Source: Protoeuglena noctilucae (lineage: Eukaryota). From it: DNA of 64,000 nucleotides. Position 1 is the stretch's first letter; every line of letters begins with the position of its first letter. The stretch covers positions 186,001-250,000 of the forward strand of contig OY253670.1 in assembly GCA_958009085.1 (NCBI GenBank), written 5' to 3'. The notes below the pieces were generated by a model that had not been told where the DNA came from, did no database searches, and worked only from the letters and a program-made list of their open reading frames with translations. Position numbers and translations under genes: made by a program. Of the stretch, positions 52,601 to 64,000 are shown piece after piece.

Positions 52601-52603
52601 CAT
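46689..52603 (-). CDS. Large protein with two cyclic-nucleotide-binding (CNB)-like domains, an EF-hand pair and a long low-complexity C-terminus
   Basis: LCYVAKLKRIGAGETVIL...FFYVMSGSVTV, EF loops DADGSGAIDAEE and DDDGSGELEFEE, HFFGEVSVL, then LRFPAKSTLYHEGQTADAVYVIETGSC...FCGED. Exon phases are largely consistent to TAA at 46689. The 5' end is uncertain. Confidence 0.75.
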
Positions 52604-53484
52604 CTGCCTGCGTCGCGGGGGCGAGCAGGGCGCGACGTCGTCCTCACATTCACCCACATACACAACAACCCCGTCTCTAACGGAAACTGCATAAAGCAAG
52701 CCTGGGGAGGTCGCCGGCCCGGCCTGCAGCCCCGGCAGGCTGGAATACGCAGGTGCGTCCGCCGATGGGGGAACTATGGAGCTAATACAGCTCGAAACGC
52801 TTCTTTGTTGGCCACTGAAACTGGAGACGCTGCCGCGCTGCTAGAAAGCGCCTGGTCCGAACAGCGAACGTGGCGAGGAGGTCGGGAAGGAGGCACCCTC
52901 GATTCGCGAGCCGGGATGTGCATGGTGCTCCATGTCGTCCGAAATCGCTTTTCTAAGCAATACGAGGCACCCATCCGAGCACAGGCACGGTGGAAAGGGG
53001 GCGTACAGCGGTCGCGGTCGCAGGTCAGGGACCATCGCATGCCGTCTCACTTGTACAGCCCCGCAAGCAGATTGGAGCCCTTGTCCGCCATCCCCCCGCC
53101 CCTTGTTAGCTAAGGCCCGACAGGGCAACCACGAAACGGCCGGCGCCGTGCCGGGCCGAGGCCCGCGAGCCTCAGCAAGTGCGTCGCCCTAGTCCACGCT
53201 CGGCAGGGCGCCTGGAGGCCACGGCTCCAAAGAAAGGGATGTTGGAAACTGGTTTATTGGCTCGCTAAGAATTGCTGACGGCAGAAGCCTTCAGCGAAGG
53301 ATGTGCCGGTACGCCCCATGCCAGACCACCAGACAGGCATTTCCACATGCCTGTTCATGGCCATGGTCCACGAGTTGGCCAGCAGCAACTGGTTGAGATA
53401 AGTCTCGGTGGTGGCCCTTTAAAGGGCGGAGCAAAGTGCACGGCGTGCAATGATTTTCATACTGCTGAGGCTGATACGCTGCTG

Positions 53485-54011
53485 CGCTGGACCCCCTGGC
53501 GCCAGAGGAGGGCCTGACGGACCTCCGCCAGGTGGTGACCTAGGCGGGCCCCGACATCACCGCCGACTGCGTCGCAGGTTTTTTGGCCCCCGCGGACCCC
53601 CCGATGGGCCACTGCCAGTACCTGGGTGAGTTCTGCCTTGCAAAATCAGTAACACGATGCTGTATGACCGCACAATCGCTGCAGCGGAAGCAGCGGGGGC
53701 TTCAGCCTTTGCCCTCCTATGGCACGCAGTGAACGCATTTGAAGGCCTGCACGATCAAGGTGTGTCCTCAGTAACTCTTCTAACCGCAACAGGGTATGGT
53801 CAGCGACCCAATGAGCTCCCCCAGCGTGCTTGCCGAGTGTGCTTGTGTCGGTGGGCGCACGTCGCCCTTTCGAGCATGCAAGAGAGTGCGATCAAGGAAG
53901 GTAACACAACGGTTCACTCTGACCCCGCAGGCTGCCCACCGCCTGTTTGAGTCGGATGGGGCATTTGAGGAGACGCTGAGGTACAGGGATTTGGCTGTGG
54001 ACGTGACGTGA
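53485..54011 (+). pseudogene. Possible degraded spliced gene fragment
   Basis: Coding-like segments are bounded by GT..AG sites but contain an in-frame TAG (53541) and a phase mismatch between exons. No recognisable domain. Confidence 0.25.
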
Positions 54012-54530
54012 GGGGTGAGGTGCATGGGTCGTCGTGTGCAGGATCGCGTTGAACTGCAGAGGGAACATTGATTGCAGACCGCAAGAGCAAAAGCCCACGA
54101 AGGCAGTCGCGAGGTCCGGGCCAAAAAGGGCCTGCCGTAGGGGAGCGGCACTGTGCAGTGCCCGTGAAACGGAGCTAGGAGCAAAAAAGAGAGGCATTTG
54201 AGAATGAAACCCGGACGTGCCGCCCAGATTGTCTGGCCGGACTGCCGCAGACAGGTGTGCGCCCGGAGCGCGCCATTGCAGACCGTGACGTGGCAGCCAG
54301 TTGGTCGCAGCATCAGTGTGGTGTGGTGGCAAAGCGAGAGGAGTCGCTTCCTCTCCACGTCGAACATGCACGGAACTGGGGACAGCTGCGCCGCAAGCTT
54401 GCGCGTTACGTCAGCACGAGGTGTGATATTTTTGCATGCTGACCGACGAGCGCGTGCTGCGCTCGTGACCGGAGTAGGCTCCTCATGTGGGCGTGAAGTT
54501 GCACTTCCCCTATATGAGCATTCCGTTGCG

Positions 54531-57500
54531 TCAATTCCACCTCACGCCTTTCTCCGTGCCCTTGTCCGCGCCATCTTCACGCATCGACACGCGGGGCTTG
54601 GCCGGGCCCGCCATGTCGGCAGGCGCCACCTTCCCGCTCTTCACCGGCACGGGGGCCTTGGACTCCTCGCCGTGTGCCTTCACCACAGTGCCGTCCATGT
54701 CGTCCTTCTGCGAGAAGGTGGGCAATGCGTTTGGAGTCCCGGACAATCAAGCGACAGCAAACGCGTTCGCTCGTCATCAGGTGGACATAGGCATGAGTCA
54801 AAGCTGGCCCGCATGCCCCGCACCTCGGGCTGCACGCGGTCCTTCTTGGCCTGGTAGAAGCTGTCGATCTCGGCCCAGGCCTTGAAGGTGCCCCCGAGGA
54901 CCGGGCGGAGTGCCATGCGCTTGAGCCACCCGAAGGCGCGGGCGATGGCGCTGGGCGGCCTCTGCGTGGACCGACACACGCGCTCTCGGTCAGTCGTCCC
55001 GCGCGTCGCCGCACGACCTCGCCGGCTGCTGCGACAAGCTGCTCATGGCACGAGGCAGCCAGTCGCAGCCGAGTGGCGTCACCTCGGGCACCGGCAGACC
55101 GTTGGCCTACCTCCACGCCTTGTATTGCAGGTAACTCTGGTACTCATGGCCCAACGCCAGCTTCTGGAAAAAGGTCGTGATCCGCGCCCACACCACCCCG
55201 TACCACGACGTGCGCTGTTCCTGCGGGGCAGGACAGGCGAGCAGGGCGGGACCGATGAGGAGACTCTCGGAACGGACGCGAGCGCATGATATGAAACACA
55301 CGGCAGTGACTGCACACGAGACACGCAGCAGTGACTACTGCAGGTCCTTGCCTCATGCTGCTGGAAACTGTCGTCCATGATGTTGATGCCCAGTTTTCCG
55401 GGCAGCAGTTGCAGCGCGGAGAGGGCCTGCATGGGCGGGCGTGGACGTCCCAGGTGAGACCAGTCACATGCAGGCTTGCCAGACACCCACGGCGCCTGCA
55501 CCGTCCCGGCGCAGCCCACAGCCCAGCACGCGTTCGCCCCTCACCATCTTCTCCGGCAGCCGGCTGAACATCTGGGCGACCCACTTGATCTCGTCCACGC
55601 CGGCGCGCGCCTCGGGCCGCAGGAAGGAGAACATCCACACTTGGAAGAGGAAGATGGGCGCCAGCAGGCACCCCTCGATGAGGATGGCCGTGTTCATCGC
55701 GTTTTGGGCATAATGTCTCAGGAGGTTACCGATCACGTGGGTGCCCCACTCGACGTCGTTGCGGCCCACGTTCCAGATGAACTGGAAGCGCCCGTTGGCG
55801 ATGTCCGCGGGGCTCTGTCCGGAGAAGATGAGGCCCTGGACCACGTAGTTGCGGACCGTCTGGTTGAGGCCGTTGGACGTCGCGGGGTAGAGCGGGTCGG
55901 TGGGGGCGTAGCAGGTTGAGGGGTCCTCGTGGAGGCACTTGGCCTGGAACAGGTCGCACTGGATTTCCTTGGTCAGGTAGGCGATGCTGCTGTGCAACCC
56001 CCCTGATGCGCCGCTCGAGATCGTGGTTGACGTGGCCGTCGCATTCCCATTCCCGAAGAGGAAGAGCGACCACTGGGCGGAGAGCGTGTTGGCGATGGTG
56101 TTGACCTGCATCATGCTCTCTGGCAGGGTGTACCCCAGCGGGCTGACCTCCTCGTTTGTGCTGATCATGATGCCGACCTCGTTCACCCAGAAGCGCAGCT
56201 CGATGCTCCAGGCCTGCACGCGGTAGGCGTCCTCGAAGGCCGCCACGGGGTCCACGGCGAACTGGAGCAGCGAGTGGGCCCACAGGTGCGTGCCGATGCA
56301 GATGCCTGTCACGACGGCGAGGGGGATGGCGATGATCACCTGCGGGGTGGGCCACAGAGGCGCAGTGGGCGGTCGGAGTACCGCGTTGCCGGCAGGCACG
56401 CCCTAATATGTACTTTGCCTTCCACCAGCCCGAGAGCCACGCCTCACCTTGAGCCGCCACTCGTCGTTCCGCAGCGGCTTGGGCGCTTCGGTGAAGCGCA
56501 TGGCCTTGTCGACGCCGCGGCCACTGGACTTCTCCAGGCGCCGGACGATGCGCTTTTCCTGCGAGGTGCGGGCACGAGCGAGACCCGATCATTGACCCGG
56601 TCGACGGTCGCAGCGGCGCGCATGTCGCTGATCGCAGCCGGCAAGCCTTGCCACCCCACACACCTCGTCGGTGAGCACGGCCGAGAGGTCGAGGTTGTGG
56701 ATGTCCTGGGCCGCGGTGCCCTCCTCGCCGCGGGGCTTCCCGGCCGCCAGGTGGAAGAGCACCGGGCGTGGGATGGTGAGGAAGACCGAGAAGAGCGCTG
56801 CCTTCTCGCGCAAGAGGGACCGCATAACGAGGAAGGTGAGGAGGGAGCAGATGGGCATGACGACCACGCTTTGCACGAGGCCGAGGACGAGCTGGTTGGT
56901 GATGAGGTTGTGGAGCCGGTTGACCACGCGCTGGTACGCCTGGGCGAGGATGGTCGACTGGACGCCCAGGAAGGACACCTGCGGGCCCTCGACCGCGAAC
57001 AGCCACCTGCGGCTCGTGTCGGCCGCGGTCGCCAGCTCCTCCTGCGACATGAACTCGATGCTCTCGGCGTAGCTGGCCAGCAGGCTCGTGATCCGCAGCA
57101 GGCCGCTGGTGTCCTCCCCCTCGATGGTCACGTTCCGGGGCCCGAGGCCGTCGCCGTGGTCCTGGTCCGTGATGACCGGGAAGGTCACGCCGTACCGCAG
57201 CAGGTCGTGCAGCATCGGGTCCTGGGTCCTGCCCGTGTACTCGATGCGGTACTGCGTGAAGAGCTGCTCCACCTCCGTGGACAGGTCCTGTTGCAGCTGG
57301 TCCACCGTGGTCTGCGTGGCCCACCAGCCGCCCTTGGCAGCGTTCTGGAGGCGCCGCGCCAGTGGGGGGATGTTGACCGTTGCGAGCAGCACCTCGCCCG
57401 CCACGGAGGCCGAGCTAATCTCCGTCTGGGTCGTTCGCACGAGGCTCGCCATGATGACGAAGAGGATAACGTGAAGCACGAGGCCGGCGCTGAGGATGCC

Positions 57501-60500
57501 CTGGACGCTCAGCACCAGCCGGCTCAGCTGCCGCATCGCCCGGGACTTCTTGAGCAGCTCGTAGATGGCCTTGAAGTACTTCGATCTCCTGAAGTGCGAG
57601 CGGGTCACCCCCTGGCTCGACGCCCCGTCCTCCTCCTCCTCCGTGTTCGTGTGCACCAGCGACTCGTCCCCGCTGTCGTCCGAGTCCTCGGACCCCGCCG
57701 TCGACTCCTCCGCCTCGTCGCGGCCCTCGTCCTTGCCCAGCACCACCGCCCTGCCCTTCGCGGGCTCCTCCGCCACCCGCGCGCCCTCGCGGATCTCCCC
57801 GCCCGACACAGTCCCGCCCATCCGCACCACGTTCTTCACCAGCGCGGCCGCCGCGCCGAACGTGACCCCCGATCGCTCGCGCTTGGGCGTCGTCGCGTTG
57901 GCTTCCGTGGAGGACGACCCCATTTCGCCGGAGTCGCGCTTGGCGCCGCCCTGCTTCCCTCCCAGGCGCACGCGCGACGGCCCCTTGCCGGCATCGCGGT
58001 CCAGGATGACCTGCGGACAGGCGAGCAAAGAGAGTCGGTGTCCCGTTCTCAGCATGTGATCTGTTGCCGCAAGGCCTGGGCTACTGCTTGGCGGGGCTTG
58101 CAGACATGAGCGCAGGCTGCAAGGCAAGCAACAGGACCAAAGCAGGCACGACAGGGCGCTGCAGCGCGCACAGCCGCCCCCGCCTCGCCTGCATGCGGTG
58201 CAGGGCCTCCGTGGCCGGCTCGCACGCCTCCTGCACGGCCCGCACGACCAGCGTGACGCGCTTCTTGCCCGCCGACACCGTGTCGCCCGACCCCAGGAGC
58301 GAGACGCGGAGGGTCGAGTCGTCCGCGTGGCGCAGGTGGAGCTCCGCGGAGGGCTTGCGGCCCTCGAGCACGTCATCGACCTGCCCCGGCGTGTCCTCCA
58401 CGAACAGGCTCGACAGCGCGGAGCGCACGAGCCGCGAGGCGGGGCGGCCCGACAGGACCTCCATGCGCGGGCTGGCGGTGAGGATGACGCCGGCGGGGGA
58501 CACCTGCATCTCGCCCTGGAGCCAGTTGGCGCTCCAGACGTCGAGCACGAACCCGTCCCGCACCGCCTCGACGTCCGCCTCGCCGCGGAGCACGCCCAGC
58601 TTGCGCAGAGAGGGCAGGTTGACGCGCGTGGCGGCCACGCGCTGCACGGCCAAGCGCGCGGGGACGAGGTCCTCCGTGGCGTTGTAGGGCCCGGGGGGGC
58701 AGCGGAAGGCGGTGCGGAAGGAGGCGATGCCCGAGGTGGCCCCGACGCGGCTCAGCTGCTCGAGGGCCCCGGCCATGACGTCGCCGACGGGGATGGACGA
58801 GTTGAACTTGCGCGCGGCCGTGACGGTGGCGGAGAGCACCTCGATGAAGTCGGCGACGTTGGCGCCGGCCAGGGTCTCGGCGTTGATGCCGAAGACGCCC
58901 CCGGCGACGCCCTCCTTGACGAAGCCCGTGCCATGGCCGACGGTGACGACGGCGCCCTGCCGGTCGACAAGGATGCGCAGGCAGATCTGCTGCTCCACCT
59001 GCCCCTCGATGCTGCGGAATCCCCAGGGGGCCAGGGCCGCGTTGGGGCGGGTCTTGCGGGCCAGGCAGACGTACATGGGCGCGGAGGTGGCCGCGTCGCG
59101 CTGCGTCGTCCACGACAGGACCACGGGGACCTGGGCGCCCTGGTTGCCACGCAGGATGACGATCTGGCCCATCTGGCAGGGCACGTGCATGGCCGCGCGG
59201 TCCGAGCTGACCACGGCGCGGGGGAGTCTGGTCTGGTGGAAGCGCCCGAAGCCGCGGGGCATCAGGTGGCTCACGTTGGCGCCGGCGTCGATGAGGCTGC
59301 CGGCGGGGTAGCCCAGCGCCGACTCCAGGGGCGAGTTGACGTAGAGGATGCGGCCGTCGCGGCTGCACACCAGGATGCCGCCCGGCTCCTCGTCCAGCGC
59401 CACCGTCATGGCCACGATCGCGTCGTCCCTCCTCCCGACCAGCGAGAAGGACGCCTTGGAGGCCAGGCCTGTCTTGAGGTATTTGTGCCGGATCACCGCC
59501 GCCATCCCCGACACCACCTCGGCCTGCGCGAGCTCCCCAGCCTTGTCGGCCTGCGCCGCGTTCCCGGACCTGTGGAGCAGCAGGCTCCCGTTCTTGAACA
59601 GCTCCTTCCCGTTGCCCGGGGCCGCCCTGTCGGCGTTCGTCTCCGGGGCAGCCTCGCGCGGCGGCTCCGGCGCCACCCTGTTGCCGACGTCGCTCATCCG
59701 CACGCGTCGCATCTTGGTGCTGAACGCGGGGCCGAGGCTCTCGGCAAGCGAGGTGCGCTCCTTCTGGCTCTCGCGGAGCGACGGCTGCACGACCGGGCCA
59801 TTGAGCGACAGGGAGTCCTGCGACCGCCGCAAGGGATTGCTCGTCAGGGACCTCAGGATCGCGCCTGGAGCGCCGCAATCGAGACGCGGGCCGCCGGCGC
59901 GGCTGCCGACCTCGCACCGCGCGGGGTCACGCACCTTGATGGCCGTGAGGCCTTGCTCCAGGTCGAGCCCGTCCAGCGCGAGGCTGTTGATGCTTTGCCC
60001 AAATACCTCCTTGGACTCCCACCCGAGGAGGTTGGTGAGACCCTCGGACACGCACAGCACGCTCCCGTCCAGCGTCATGTAGAGGATGCCCTGGGCAGGG
60101 TCGACGTCCGCGGGGCGGATCGAGGCCATGAACTGGTCCTGCCCGTCCTGGACCACGTGCACGACGCGGATCTTGATGGGGAACGCCGAGCCTGCAGGGG
60201 CAGAGCGCGGGGGACCGAGTGACGTTCGCAGCAGCGAGTGGTGCCAGGTTGATGCTCAGTGCTGCGCGGGCTTTGACTCAAGACACGACTAGCAGCAGTA
60301 ATACAGTCTCAGTTCTCTTGTGGAACCGGCACGTCCCGCTCACCGTCCTTGTGCAGCCCGATCTGCAGGCGCTCCGTACCGATGATCCGGGGCTGCCGGG
60401 TCTGCTTGAAGGCAGCGATGTAGCCGTTGTGGTGCTGGCTGAAGGGCTTGGGCATGAGCACTGCGACGGGCACGGGTGGCGAGGTTACGTCATGCTGGCG

Positions 60501-63495
60501 AGAGACACAGCCCTGTCGCTTGTGCTTCGCTCTGAGAGTCGAAACGGCAATGGTTGCGGCGCTGCTTGCGGTATCCGAGCTCACCCGACACGTTGAGCCC
60601 CACGAGCTCGCCCATCGAGTACCCGAAGAGCCTGTTGAGGTTGCGGTTGGTGAATTGGATGATGCCGGCGTCGTTGCAGACCACGAGCCCATCCTTGGTT
60701 CCCGATGCCACGTTGACGTCGCCACCCTCTGCGGCGAGCGGTGAAAAGAGCCCAGGTAAGCGAGCATGCGGGGCATACCACACCAGAGTCACTTCACACC
60801 GGGCACATGACACGGGGCGCAGCGTCAAGCGCGTGAGCTGCCCGGCTTACCTCCACCCACGAGGTTCCCCTGCTTGGTCTCGGCCTGCGCGTCCTCGAGG
60901 CTGTCGGCCTTGGCGAACATGCGGAGGGCCTTGCCGGGCGCGCCCTTGACGCCGGTCAGGAAGGTCGCGTAGAGCCGCAGGAGGCTCACGTTGTCGTGGT
61001 ACCGCTCCAGCATGATGCGGTAGAGCCGGTGTGCCTTGCTCTCGAGCGCCGACAGGGAGCGCAGGGTCCCGGACAGCTGCGTCAGGGTCACCGAGTCTGC
61101 GCGGAGGAAAGCACGAAGCCCGTCGCGGTTCCTTGATCTGTTCTTGTTGAGTCCATGCCCGCGATCCCAGACCTTTGAGATACGCGCCGGGGGTCTATGC
61201 CACAAGAGACTCACCCGAGCCGAGGAGCTCGCCCCAGAACTGGCGGATGGCCATCAAAGCGCTGGCCTGCGTCTTTTGCACAGCGCGGAGGTTGTTGTTG
61301 AACTCGACGAACGACACGAGATCCATCGCACCCTCCGCGTTGTTCGACGATCCGCTGCTCTGCGCCTGCTGCCTGCGACGTCAGGGAGACCGCGGCCACG
61401 TTTGCCAGCAGCGGCCAGCGACTCTGTCGCACGCTGGCCATCTGCGAGCCGCACCTGCTCCGGCAGAAGCACTGGAACTGCAGGTCCATGTTGATGGGCA
61501 CTTTCCGCACCGCCGCGAACTGCTCCGACGCGACCTGGGTGTTTTGAATCACCTCCCACAGGAAGTGGCCCATAAGCATCCGCAGGCGCGCCACCTGCGG
61601 CCGGGCGGGTGTCGGGTGCGTCACTTGTCATCGCCCTGCGTGTGCCAGGTAGCCCTCGCCGGAGTCAGGTACTGCTCACGTTCGGGAACTGGCGCATGCC
61701 CTCGCGAAGCACGACCAGCGCCGTGACCAGCCAGTCCTCGACGAGGTTGCCGTACTCGTCCGTGATGCGCATGCAGCGAGAGACGTGCTCCACCTCCGTG
61801 GCGCACGCGAAGCGGATCCGGGGCATGATCTCGGCCAGGCGCTCGGCCTCCGTCGTCATCCGGTTGTTCACGGCCTTGACCGTCTCCACTGCGGCAGAGC
61901 AACAGTCGCGGTAACGTCATCACGCAGGCGACATCGGCGTGGACACCCCGTTGAATGCCGCCGCAGTGCTTACCGGGACTGCGGTACCCACGCGCGCTGT
62001 CGAAGCCGCGCGAGGAGCTCAGGACGTGCCCGCTGCTGTTCTGCACCGGCAAGATGATGCCGGCCGCGTGAAGCTCATCGCGGATCCACCTGGCTTTTCG
62101 CTTGGACGGGAGCAGCCTGCAGAACAGGCAAGACGTTTACGGTCACTTGTGATTGACTGAATGTTGAGCCCGCACCACGCGTCCCTGGCGACAGCATGAA
62201 GCGGCCCTCGCCTCAGCCACATGATGCCGGCGCAGACGACGAACGCGGGTACGATGCCGTTGGCCATGATGCGCGTGATGGGCTTGGCATGGGGCGAGAG
62301 GTTCTGCTCGCTGCCGACGACGAACTCCAGCGCCACCAGCACCACAGAGATCCAGGCCAGGATCCCGTTGAGCCCCGCCTCGAGCACGTTCGTGTACGTG
62401 GGCAGGTACGGGGCGTAGAACATTACCCCAATGGCGTTGTAGAGGTACAGTGCGCAGAGCAGCACTGCCAGGGTCGAGCGGCTGTTGGTGCCCCCAATGA
62501 AGATGTCCAGGGCGTCCTGGACCGAGTGCACGATGAAGTGCCGGAACATGAAGTGCGTGAAGGACACTGCGAGGGAGCGCGGGGGCGTGGGCATGGAGGC
62601 TGTGAGGAGCATAGGCCGCGTTTAGGGAGAAGGTGTGCAGTCCCACGGCAAGAGGCCTCACCGCCCTCGACCCGCCGCGAGAAGGGATTCAGCTCCGCCT
62701 CGGCCACGGCGATGAGGGCGCCGAGCGTCACGGTGACGAGCGCCGCCGGGATGGACGCGATGAGCGTCGCGAGGTGCGGGAGGCGCTTGCAGGACTGGTC
62801 CTGGTAGTAGTAGAAGGCCCCATTTTTGTCGCACCGGATGCTCATCATGAACACGGCGAGGGCAGCGATGTACAGCGTCCTCACGAAGACGCTCACTGCG
62901 AGCATGCCACAGGCGCCGCGTCTGAGTCCCGGCGGTCGGCGCCTGGATTGCGAGGCCCAGCGCGTGGCCCGGCCGTCTCGCTCGGAGCCACTCACCGACG
63001 AGGCGCACGAACTTGATGGGCCAGACGAAAGGGAACGTGCCCGTCTTGAAGTTGTAGGCGACCCACAAACAGATGGTGATGGACAAAACAATGATGGAGA
63101 ATTGGGACCAGAAGATCGCGGAGAAGGCTTTGTATCCGACCGCTTGCAGCAGGTTGGTGACGTCGGTCCATTGGATGGCCACAGACCACCAGGAATTCTC
63201 GAAGTCCCAGCTGAAGTGGCTCGTGATGAGTATGACCAACAGCTGGGGGGAGAGGTGCACGGGCGGGGGTTCGGGTGGGGTTGCGTGCATGCTTCCACCC
63301 AGGGCGGCTTGCTGGGTGCGGCTCTCCATCTCCTCTTGCCTGTAGGAAGCCGATGATCATCCCCAGCACCCCCCACTTCCACGACCCCTCCTCGTGCTCC
63401 TTGGTGATGGTGAAGAGCACGCCAAAGACCGCATCCTTCAGCGAGCCCTGCTTCCGGAGCAGGAAGCTCTCCTGGGCCAGGTCGTCCCCCTCCAT
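54531..63495 (-). CDS. TmcB/TmcC-like multi-pass membrane protein with about 5 PAS domains
   Basis: AVFGVLFTITK, VAYNFKTGTFPFVWPIKFVR, ELNPFSRR, N-terminal TM bundle, TPR-like YRIMLERYHDNVSLLRLYATFL, PAS1 DGLVVCNDAGIIQFTN...LFGY...LVGLNV..LMPKPFSQHHNGY, further PAS units, and C-terminal TM pairs with FLTIPR / MFSRLP. Confidence 0.85.
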
Positions 63496-64000
63496 CGCCA
63501 CCCTTACCACCTGTCAAACAGATCTGGCCGGAGCCCTTGCCCGCTCCGCCGCGACGTCTTCGGCGAGAACCCCCGTCGCGGCCTCGACCCCTCAGGTCCG
63601 CCGCTGCGACCCAAAGCGACGAGGCCGCTTGTGATCGTGCGCGTGCGCAACAAGACTCGAGGAGGATCGACGCGTGTGTGCGTGGCGCTTTGGAGGCCGC
63701 GGCGGGCCGGTTAAATGACGTTACTATGAGCGCAACCCTGCAGCGTTACGTGGTTGGCGAGGGACGACAACACAGCCCACGCTCGCTTCCAAGGCGATAA
63801 AAGAGGACGTCGCGGGAGGCTGGATCGCCATCCGCAGCCTGGCGCGCTGCAGCGGGCGTCCTCACATGCACACAAATCGGACTTTGCCCGGAACCTATCT
63901 GCGCCCGCTCAGCTCCCCGTATGACGTCTTTAGTAGATACTTCAGCGCATGCGCTGGACGGCGTTTTTAAAAGACTCTGGAACGAGCCGCGCCGCTCGCC

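Noticed and set aside
47985..60222. Long antisense or alternative-frame ORFs (e.g. 47985-50015+, 56274-58109+, 58198-60222+; also 32066-33739-)
   Set aside because: These are shadow ORFs expected from high GC3 codon usage. They have Arg/Pro/Ala-rich composition and no motifs.

Overview
Very GC-rich, gene-dense, intron-rich eukaryotic nuclear DNA. It is most consistent with a chlorophyte green alga (nuclear RbcX with transit peptide, TmcB/C-like PAS protein, mTERF-like gene, GTGAG/GTGCG donors, introns mostly 70-250 nt). I reconstructed about 20 spliced genes by hand: RNase HII (partial), MFS/ACS transporter, IMP3, peroxisomal SLC25 carrier, RqcH/NFACT, a head-to-head pair of F-box-like+ankyrin paralogs, RbcX, spartin/senescence-domain protein, AP-4 beta, mTERF-like protein, DnaJ-enoyl reductase fusion, p24, an unknown UIM/SIM protein, ZMYND15/MSS51-like protein, pirin, calmodulin, nucleolin, a CNB/EF-hand protein and a multi-PAS membrane protein. 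Three signals stand out. (1) The inverted F-box/ankyrin pair has near-identical scaffolds but hypervariable ankyrin binding-surface residues, making it a candidate diversified recognition/degradation system. (2) GC-AG introns are unusually frequent, with at least 17 found, all preceded by exonic AG. (3) There are unusual domain architectures: an EF-hand pair inside a cyclic-nucleotide-binding domain, and a J-domain fused to an enoyl-thioester reductase. CDS coordinates are gene spans including introns. All family calls come from motif recognition, not database searches.
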